Shown here one piece after another: positions 57,151-64,000 of a stretch of 64,000 nt of DNA (position 1 is the first letter of the stretch; every line of letters begins with the position of its first letter). A program made the position numbers and the translations under genes. The stretch is taken from the NCBI GenBank assembly GCA_020633655.1, contig JACKDF010000001.1:264700-328699 (forward strand), read 5' to 3'. The stretch is from Deferribacteres bacterium (GTDB lineage Bacteria > Zhuqueibacterota > Zhuqueibacteria > Zhuqueibacterales > Geothermadaptataceae). The notes beneath the pieces are model-generated. The model had not been told where the DNA came from. It worked only from the letters and a program-made list of their open reading frames with translations, and did no database searches.

Positions 57151-57678
57151 AACGACAATAGGATTGTTCTGTGAGTCAAGGATTTACCTTTCCCCAAGGA
57201 AGTGGTGCCGTACAAATCAGACCACGATATTAACAAGCATTTGACCGGTTTTAGTGAATTCACTGCTCAGGTTTATGTAAAAGTACAGGCAATTCCCCTT
57301 CATTCCACCATGCCCCAAGGGGCAAGACTATAGATGTCCTAACATAAAATTTGATTTAAATTCCGCAAATATCGAGCTCTGAATCAGCACAAGCGCAAAT
57401 AAATTTGAACAGTTGCTTTTGTTTGCCACAAAGAGCTGAAAAAATCCAATTAACGCCTGAGATTTCTTCACTGGATTATCAGCTGGCTGGCATCGCAGAT
57501 GCCCGGAAAATCGACGACAGCACAAAGAAATTATGATATTTTTTGTACTTTTTCCTTAGAGTTCCTTATCTTTACACTGCATAAAGTCCGGGAGAAAAAG
57601 CATGAGCATCAATCCCGGAACAACTGTTAAAAATTAAATCGAAATCGTTAATCATCCCAAAGACAAACATTTTCTATT

Positions 57679-60225
57679 ATGAATAACAAACTCGTCGAGA
57701 AGGAATTTGATACCTCCATCAAAAATAAATTTAATGTCTACAACAGTTTGTTTCTGAATCTTCCCTTCCGCAAAGTACAAAACATCGGTATGTTCATTCC
57801 ACTGCTGCACCATGTTTGTAAAACCGGCTTGGAATCCGGCAGAGATCCCATTGACATTCTCGATACTTTTTTCGAATCACAGGCGGACATCAATTCCGAT
57901 GAAGAAAAAATTGATTTTATGTTCCGTGTCATTCAGTATGTCGAGCGCCAAATAGTCCTTTACGACAGTGTCGAAGACGCCGCATACATGCACATGCACG
58001 GCCTCACAGATGATCTCACCCTCAAAGATTTTATTCACTTGCGGGATAACCGAAATTTCAGTGAAAAAATGAGTGAGGTGCTATCCACGTTCAGTGCCCG
58101 CATCGTATTTACGGCGCATCCGACGCAGTTTTATCCTCCCTCTGTCCTGGAAATAATCCGACGCTTGCGAAAACTTATTTCCAATAACCGCATCGATGAA
58201 ATCGATTTAATACTGCAGCAACTGGGATTGACGCCACTGACGAACATCAAAAAACCGACACCTTTTGACGAAGCGAAAAACGTGCTCTATTTTTTCAAAG
58301 AAGTCTATTACGATGCCCTTGGAGAATTGTACAAAAATGTTCGCAAGACGATGCCGGGGAATGAATTCAACAACCATGATATCGTGCAGCTTGGCTTCTG
58401 GCCCGGGGGGGACCGGGATGGCAATCCTTTCGTCACCTCTGATGTTACCATGCAGGTCGCAGATGAAATGCGCATGACACTCATGCAATGCTATCTTCGG
58501 GATCTCGACAAACTGCAACTCAAACTGACCTTTCGTCACGTGGACCAGATTTTAAAAGATTTGCGGCGTACCATCTATCCAACCTGTTTTCAAAGCGATA
58601 AAACCGTGGCTCTCGACGCGATTCTGAGGCCGCTTCAGGACGTTAGAAACATCCTGGTCGAAAAGTACAATAGCCTCTATCTCGGGGAACTGGATGCATT
58701 TATAGACAAAGTAAAAATTTTCAAGACGCAATTTGCCACACTGGATATTCGGCAAAATCATGCAGTTCACGAAAAGGCTATTACCGAAATTCTGAAAAAG
58801 AACAATGTCATCACATCGGCACTTTCAGAATTAACAACGGCCAAATTAAGCCATATTTTACTCAATTCGGATTTCATTGTAGAGCCGGATCAATTCGACG
58901 ACAGCCTGTTGCAGGATACGATTCGCAATATAAAACAGCTCAAAACAATTCAGGCAAAAAATGGAGAAGGTGGCTGCAACCGCTATATCGTCAGCAACTC
59001 TGAGGATATCTTTGCGGTGTTGTTCGTTTATGCCCTCTTTCGCTGGTGCGGCATGGCCGCAGAGGAGATAACCTTTGATATAATTCCCCTGTTCGAATCC
59101 ATGTCCGGCATGGCCAACGCAAAAGATATCATGGTTGATCTGTTTCGTATTCCGGAATACCGTGCACACGTAAAAAGACGAAACGAAACGCAAATCATGA
59201 TGCTTGGTTTTTCCGATGGCACGAAAGACGGCGGCTATCTGAAGGCAAACTGGGCCATTTTTCGCACAAAAGAAGAGCTCAGCACCGTTTGTGAAATGTA
59301 CGGTGTGAAAGCTGTCTTCTTCGACGGACGAGGTGGTCCGCCCGCACGTGGTGGCGGTAAGACCCACCGTTTTTACGCTGCACAAAGTGAAAAAATCGCC
59401 AACCATGCCATCCAGTTGACGATACAGGGCCAGACCATCACCAGCAAATTCGGCACGATCGAGCACTTCATTCACAACAGTGAACAATTGCTGACCGCAG
59501 GATTAGCGCATAAATTCGCCTCTGGAAATAACAATATCTCGACGAGACAGCGGCGGCTCATCGAGGAACTGGCAGAACGCAGTTTTGAGAAATATACTTC
59601 GCTGAAAAATCACCCCAAATTCATTCCCTATCTCGAAAACAAGAGTACGCTAAAATACTACAGCAAAACCAACATTGGCAGCCGGCCCTCCAAACGGGGC
59701 AACAAGGATGGGCTCGTTTTTAAGGATTTACGGGCGATTCCGTTTGTGGGAAGCTGGAGCCAGTTAAAGCAGAATGTACCCGGTTATTATGGCATTGGCA
59801 CGGCGCTGGCTGAATTGCAGGAACAGGGCAAACTGGAGCAGCTCAAACAACTTTTCTCGGAAGTGCCTTTTTTCAAAGCCTTAATTCTCAACAGCATGAT
59901 GTCTTTATCCAAATGTTATTTTGAATTAACGGCGTATATCGCCAAAGATCCGGATTACAAAGAATTCTGGAACCTGCTTTTCGATGAATACACACTGGCA
60001 AAGGAAATGGTATTACGAATTTCCGGTTATGAGCAACTCATGCAGGAAGAACCGATTTCGCGCAACTCGATTCAAATTCGTGAACGCATTGTGCTGCCGC
60101 TGTTGGTCATCCAGCAATATGCATTACAGAAAATTGAGCAGAAATCAGAGAACATAGAAGTATATGAAAAAATGGTAAAACGAAGTTTGTATGGGAATAT
60201 CAACGCCAGCAGGAATGCGGCTTGA
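57679..60225 (+). CDS. ppc: phosphoenolpyruvate carboxylase
   Basis: 848 aa with VFTAHPTQ, GFSDGTKDGGYLKANW and FDGRGGPPARGGG, the catalytic PEPC blocks. Confidence 0.9.
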   Translation: MNNKLVEKEFDTSIKNKFNVYNSLFLNLPFRKVQNIGMFIPLLHHVCKTGLESGRDPIDILDTFFESQADINSDEEKIDFMFRVIQYVERQIVLYDSVEDAAYMHMHGLTDDLTLKDFIHLRDNRNFSEKMSEVLSTFSARIVFTAHPTQFYPPSVLEIIRRLRKLISNNRIDEIDLILQQLGLTPLTNIKKPTPFDEAKNVLYFFKEVYYDALGELYKNVRKTMPGNEFNNHDIVQLGFWPGGDRDGNPFVTSDVTMQVADEMRMTLMQCYLRDLDKLQLKLTFRHVDQILKDLRRTIYPTCFQSDKTVALDAILRPLQDVRNILVEKYNSLYLGELDAFIDKVKIFKTQFATLDIRQNHAVHEKAITEILKKNNVITSALSELTTAKLSHILLNSDFIVEPDQFDDSLLQDTIRNIKQLKTIQAKNGEGGCNRYIVSNSEDIFAVLFVYALFRWCGMAAEEITFDIIPLFESMSGMANAKDIMVDLFRIPEYRAHVKRRNETQIMMLGFSDGTKDGGYLKANWAIFRTKEELSTVCEMYGVKAVFFDGRGGPPARGGGKTHRFYAAQSEKIANHAIQLTIQGQTITSKFGTIEHFIHNSEQLLTAGLAHKFASGNNNISTRQRRLIEELAERSFEKYTSLKNHPKFIPYLENKSTLKYYSKTNIGSRPSKRGNKDGLVFKDLRAIPFVGSWSQLKQNVPGYYGIGTALAELQEQGKLEQLKQLFSEVPFFKALILNSMMSLSKCYFELTAYIAKDPDYKEFWNLLFDEYTLAKEMVLRISGYEQLMQEEPISRNSIQIRERIVLPLLVIQQYALQKIEQKSENIEVYEKMVKRSLYGNINASRNAA

Positions 60226-60343
60226 GGTAAATTGTAGCTCAGGCATCCTGCCCGTAAAAATCCATTCGGGATACCTGGGTTATATTTATTGTATTTTCAT
60301 ATTTTGTAAGTATGAGTTGTCATGCCACTTCAATTCACACCTG

Positions 60344-61006
60344 TCAAAAAGCACTCAACCGCTCAAGGTGTCGCTCATTAAAATCCGCCAGCGAATCCAA
60401 ACGTATGTCTGCGAGCTCAAAAACGTCTTCATGCGCAACCAGCTTTTCCGGAACCACTACGGTTTTCATCCCAGCTGTCTTTGCGCTCATTAAGCCATTT
60501 CCTGAATCCTCAAATGCCAGACACAATTCCGGCGCAACGCCGAGATTTCTTGCCGCCGTGAGATAAACTGCCGGATCGGGTTTACCGCGTTCTTCATTTT
60601 CAGCAGAGGCAAACGCCGAAAAATAGCCGGCAATCTGCAATTTTTCGATTACGGCTTCAATCAACATCATCGGTGACGAGGAAGCGAGACCAATTGTGTA
60701 GTTGCGTTTTTTAAAAAAATCGAGAATATAATCAACCCCGGGCAATGCATTCCCCTTTTCCAGCACAAGGGACTTAACTTTTTCCAACAAAAACCTTTCC
60801 ACAACAACCGGTTCCGGAGCATTCCACGGCCCTCGCTGGTACCAGTAATCCACAACTTCATCGCTGCGCAAACCCATGGTCTGCGCACACATTTCATCCG
60901 TGAGCGGAATGCCCACCTCACCAAAAACAAGTTGCTCCGCTTCACGCCACAAAGGCTCGGAGTTAATTAAAAGGCCGTCTACATCGAAGATTATTGCTTT
61001 GATCAT
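60344..61006 (-). CDS. hxpB: HAD-IA sugar-phosphate phosphatase (HxpB/YniC-like)
   Basis: IIFDVDGLLINSEPLW is HAD motif I. DEVVDYWYQRGPWNAPEPVVVERF..., LPGV, GLASSS, KPDPAVYL and EDSGNGLMSAKTAGMKTVVVP run parallel to E. coli YniC/HxpB along the full length, as I remember it. Confidence 0.8.
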   Translation of the reverse strand: MIKAIIFDVDGLLINSEPLWREAEQLVFGEVGIPLTDEMCAQTMGLRSDEVVDYWYQRGPWNAPEPVVVERFLLEKVKSLVLEKGNALPGVDYILDFFKKRNYTIGLASSSPMMLIEAVIEKLQIAGYFSAFASAENEERGKPDPAVYLTAARNLGVAPELCLAFEDSGNGLMSAKTAGMKTVVVPEKLVAHEDVFELADIRLDSLADFNERHLERLSAF

Positions 61007-61337
61007 GGTTATTTTTTATGCTCTGGAGTTTTATTGGAACGTGTTATTTTCTAAAATTATAGAAGGAATTTAGTAGATCATCAAGTTTAAAATTGTACTA
61101 CTGGAGATTGAAGTAGCCATGCAGGTTTGCATTTTTTGCAATACCGCCATCCCCCGGTTTCGTCCTGCCCAGCTGGGATGATAAGGTGAATTAATCTGTG
61201 CGACACTATTTGCGGGATTCCGGTCTTCTGCTGAGAATTACAGAAACCGGGAAGACGTGTTTGATACTTACTTTATCCACAATTTCAATCTTGTGCTTGC
61301 AAAAGTCAGCCTGAAGGCTGTACTAAGTACTTTCAGT

Positions 61338-62378
61338 TTACCCTTCCACCCGCACCAAATGCGCATTTAAGCGTTCGACTTTTTCACGGTTGCCGAGCAC
61401 GATAAGCACATTGCCGTGTTCGATTTTGGTATCGGACTGGGGATTGTAAATGTACTGCGCCTTGCCGCCAATGGTCTTTTTAATAGCAATGACAATGAGC
61501 CCCGTGCGTTGGGGGATCTCGATTTGGCGCAGTGTCTTGCCCTCGAAACTGGTGTTTTCCGGTACAGTGACTTCCTCCATCCGCAGCTCGAATTCTGCAT
61601 CGTGCATCATTACATCGAGAAAACCGACAAGGTTGGGACGCAGTACCGTTGCAGCCATGCGCATGCCTTCGGTCAGGTTCGGGGACACGACATTGTTGGC
61701 ACCAGCCTTATACATTTTTCCGGCCGTATGCTGATCCACCGACCGGGAAATGATGTTCAGTCCGTGGTTGAGATTGCGAGCCGAGATCACCACAAACAAG
61801 TTATCGCGGTCCTCGGAAAGGGCACTGATTAAACCACGGGCATTTTCAACGCCCGCCTCGAGCAAAACCTCATCCTTCGTTGCATCGCCGGCAACAAAGA
61901 GCATGTGCGGATATTGTTCATGCAAGCTCGAAATCACTTCCTCACTTTGCTCGATTACAATGAGCGGCTCGCGTGCAATTTGAAATTCATTAATAATCGT
62001 TTTTCCCGTATCCCCTGCTCCGCAAAGAATAACATGGTTTTTCTGCCGTTGAATTTTGTTCTTCATTTTTTTGGATTTAAAATTCATAATCAATTCGCGA
62101 CGCACGAAAATACTGGTTACGCTGGCCGAGAGCAATGCGATGAGCACCAATCCGGTGAGTACAATAAACATGGTAAAGAGCTGGCCTGTTGGGTGCAATT
62201 GCCTTACTTCGTGAAAACCCACTGTCGAGAAGGTGATAAACGTCATGTAAAGCGCTTCAAACCAACTCCAGTCCTCAAGAATTGTATACCCCACCATGCC
62301 AACAAGCAAAAGCAGGATTAATCCCACCAATACCAGAATTAAATTTGTCCAGCTTGGATGCTGGATAGGCTCATTCAT
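61338..62378 (-). CDS. 2-TM ion channel with RCK (TrkA-N/TrkA-C) domains, atypical pore signature
   Basis: The order is TM1, a pore helix with filter FITFSTVGFHEV, TM2, a Rossmann block (VILCGAGDTGKTI) and a TrkA-C block. This is an MthK-like layout. The filter reads TVGFHE instead of TVGYGD/TVGFGE. Confidence 0.8.
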   Translation of the reverse strand: MNEPIQHPSWTNLILVLVGLILLLLVGMVGYTILEDWSWFEALYMTFITFSTVGFHEVRQLHPTGQLFTMFIVLTGLVLIALLSASVTSIFVRRELIMNFKSKKMKNKIQRQKNHVILCGAGDTGKTIINEFQIAREPLIVIEQSEEVISSLHEQYPHMLFVAGDATKDEVLLEAGVENARGLISALSEDRDNLFVVISARNLNHGLNIISRSVDQHTAGKMYKAGANNVVSPNLTEGMRMAATVLRPNLVGFLDVMMHDAEFELRMEEVTVPENTSFEGKTLRQIEIPQRTGLIVIAIKKTIGGKAQYIYNPQSDTKIEHGNVLIVLGNREKVERLNAHLVRVEG

Positions 62379-62781
62379 TTGTCGTAATTTTTACCAGTTG
62401 TCGCGAATATTTTTTTTTTAGGAACACAAAAGACGCCGCTCCGAGAAAGATACCGAGGCCGTCTGCAATAAAATCAGCTACTTCAAAATATCGACCCGGT
62501 ACAAAGAGTTGATGAATTTCATCGGAAATTCCATAAAGTACTCCGAAAATCATCGTTAGCTTAAAGGAATAACGCCGCTCAACAAGCGGCCACTCCTGTT
62601 GTGCACTGTAGATAAAAAATCCCAGTGGCATATAAATCAGCAAGTGTGCTATTTTATCTGAAAATTCGAATGAAAAACGGTCGTGCGTTGTAAGATTTGG
62701 GATCGATGACAGTACAAAAATAAGCAAAGCCCAGACGCAGGGCAAACACCAGACACAGGTTCCCCGGATAATTTTCATCAT
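62371..62781 (-). CDS. VanZ family membrane protein
   Basis: 136 aa with 4 TM helices. DKIAHLLIYMPLGFF and DEIHQLFVPGRYFEVADFIADGLG are VanZ-like blocks. The gene overlaps both neighbours (4 and 8 nt), so it is probably co-transcribed with them. Confidence 0.8.
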   Translation of the reverse strand: MMKIIRGTCVWCLPCVWALLIFVLSSIPNLTTHDRFSFEFSDKIAHLLIYMPLGFFIYSAQQEWPLVERRYSFKLTMIFGVLYGISDEIHQLFVPGRYFEVADFIADGLGIFLGAASFVFLKKKYSRQLVKITTNE

Positions 62782-64000
62782 AATAAATTTCGTAACTCCA
62801 TAAATGTTTGTGATAAATGGGAAATAACGTCACCTGCTGTAAGCGACAACGGATCTATACTCTTGATTGCAATATCGGCAGCACGGCTGTGAATAAACAT
62901 ACCCAATAAAGCCGCCTGTGGCAAAGGCATTTGCCCGGCTAATCCAATTATCGCGCCGGTAAGCACGTCACCCATGCCAGCGGTGGCCATGCCCGGATTT
63001 CCTGCGCTGTTTATATAAACACGACCATCCGCAAATGCAAGCAGCGATGGTGCACCTTTGAGCAGCAAATGCACATTGTTGTGCGTAGCAAATTCCCGCG
63101 CTATTTCGATTGGCACAGGTTTCAAATCATCCTTCTGCAAACCACTCAGGCGCAGAAACTCTCCGGGATGCGGCGTGACCACTGTCTCCCCCTGGCGCTT
63201 TTTCAAAATATCGACCCGGCCCTGCAATAGATTCAATCCGTCTGCGTCAATAATGAGGGGACCGTGGTAATTGTGCAGGATTTCTTCGAGCCAGAATTTT
63301 GCTTCCGCGCTTTGCCCCAGACCGGGGCCAATGGCCACTGCATGTGCCCACTGCAGGCGTGTGTGCAATCTTTTCCGGCTTTCACCTGTCATCGCATGCT
63401 CTTGCCAGTGCAAAGGCTCTTTTACAACTTCCACAGGATGCGCTGCCAATTGTGCGACGATAGTGGGAGCTGTCGCCAAAACAACAAGTCCTGCACCAAC
63501 CCGCACTGCCGCTGAGCTCGCAAGCGATGCGGCACCAGCCATACCTTCACTACCTGCAACAATGAAAATCTGCCCACATTTATTTTTAAAATCCGCCGGG
63601 TGCCGATCCGGTAACAGGGCACCCATTTTTCCAGCTGGTAATAGCCATGTTTTTGGGTGAACCGATGCAAACGCTTTTGGCGGAAATCCGATATCGGCAA
63701 CATGCAGGTTCCCGGCGCACTCGCGGCCGGGTGAAAACAATAAGCCAGGTTTCGCAGCGCCGAACGTCACCGTGACATCGGCTTTGATAGCGTTTTCGTC
63801 AACTTCGCCGCTGTCTGCATCAACACCGGTCGGCAAATCCACGGCAACGACGTTCGCGGGACTCTGATTGACGAGCATGGCTGCTTTCGCGTACGCTCCG
63901 CGAAGTCCACCCCGGGAGCCAGTTCCCAACATCGCATCCACAAGGAGATCAGCATTTCCGTATTCTGATTCGGGAAAATTCTCGAAGAATAAAATTTTTT
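62778..64000 (-). CDS. nnr: bifunctional NAD(P)H-hydrate repair enzyme Nnr (epimerase/ADP-dependent dehydratase), 5-prime end beyond right edge
   Basis: The C-terminal YjeF dehydratase domain is present (KNKCGQIFIVAGSEGMAGAASLAS..., GPGLG, TPHPGEF, LLKGAPS, GNPGMATAGMGDVLTG). The frame stays open upstream of the track start (a GTG at 63941) through nt 63998 (...KILFFENFPESEYGNADLLVDAMLGTG), which matches the tail of the N-terminal epimerase domain. Confidence 0.88.
   Translation of the reverse strand, partial: KILFFENFPESEYGNADLLVDAMLGTGSRGGLRGAYAKAAMLVNQSPANVVAVDLPTGVDADSGEVDENAIKADVTVTFGAAKPGLLFSPGRECAGNLHVADIGFPPKAFASVHPKTWLLPAGKMGALLPDRHPADFKNKCGQIFIVAGSEGMAGAASLASSAAVRVGAGLVVLATAPTIVAQLAAHPVEVVKEPLHWQEHAMTGESRKRLHTRLQWAHAVAIGPGLGQSAEAKFWLEEILHNYHGPLIIDADGLNLLQGRVDILKKRQGETVVTPHPGEFLRLSGLQKDDLKPVPIEIAREFATHNNVHLLLKGAPSLLAFADGRVYINSAGNPGMATAGMGDVLTGAIIGLAGQMPLPQAALLGMFIHSRAADIAIKSIDPLSLTAGDVISHLSQTFMELRNLL

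Noticed and set aside
57151-57678. A 528-bp spacer between the MCP gene and ppc, including ORF 57328-57525 (-).
   Set aside because: The ORF is Cys/Phe-rich with no RBS or motif. Only trivial hairpins and a one-mismatch TATCTTTA box are visible. Nothing here can be supported as a gene or RNA.
61195-61260. A possible fourth, degenerate copy of the CCGGAAT repeat (GGATTCCGGTCTTCTG...CAGAAACCGGGAAGAC).
   Set aside because: It shares only about 9-10 nt (GGATTCCGG) with the family, and its own hairpin has different arms. It is more simply a local stem-loop downstream of the channel operon.

Overview
This is a 64-kb chromosomal segment with about 44 protein genes. I saw no rRNA, tRNA, CRISPR array, transposase, integrase or phage gene. 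The gene content points, by inference only, to a non-Bacteroidia member of the Fibrobacteres-Chlorobi-Bacteroidetes (FCB) group. Several exported proteins end in T9SS/FlgD-Ig-like C-terminal sorting domains, two PorV/PorQ-like barrels are present, a SusC-like TonB-dependent receptor has no SusD partner, and two genes carry a Bacteroidetes-style TAnnTTTG promoter box. Recognisable housekeeping genes are proS (archaeal-type), era, yhbY, fba (class II), ppc, glgP, glgC, rocF, an hxpB-like HAD phosphatase and nnr (cut by the right edge). A GDPD gene is cut by the left edge. Five regions look accessory or unexplained. (1) 10.4-15.8 kb is a five-gene minus-strand cluster of exported or membrane proteins with no recognisable family, and it contains an internally duplicated module. 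(2) 22.7-38.6 kb is a nine-gene co-directional locus that resembles a glycan-utilisation locus: TonB receptor, FN3/T9SS-tail protein, PorV-like barrel, T9SS-tail protein, BNR sialidase-like, GH2, DegT aminotransferase, Gfo/Idh/MocA oxidoreductase and purple-acid-phosphatase-like. Three copies of a ~104-bp hairpin-bearing repeat sit in its intergenic gaps. (3) 3.6-8.5 kb pairs an NHL-propeller T9SS protein with a PorV-like/OmpA/AMIN fusion outer-membrane protein. (4) 52.5-57.2 kb holds a porin, an orphan PstS-like binding protein and a chemoreceptor, interrupted by a ~325-bp foldback (MITE-like) element. (5) A 123-bp nested palindrome lies downstream of era. All functional calls rest on motifs read from the translations. 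No database search was possible.
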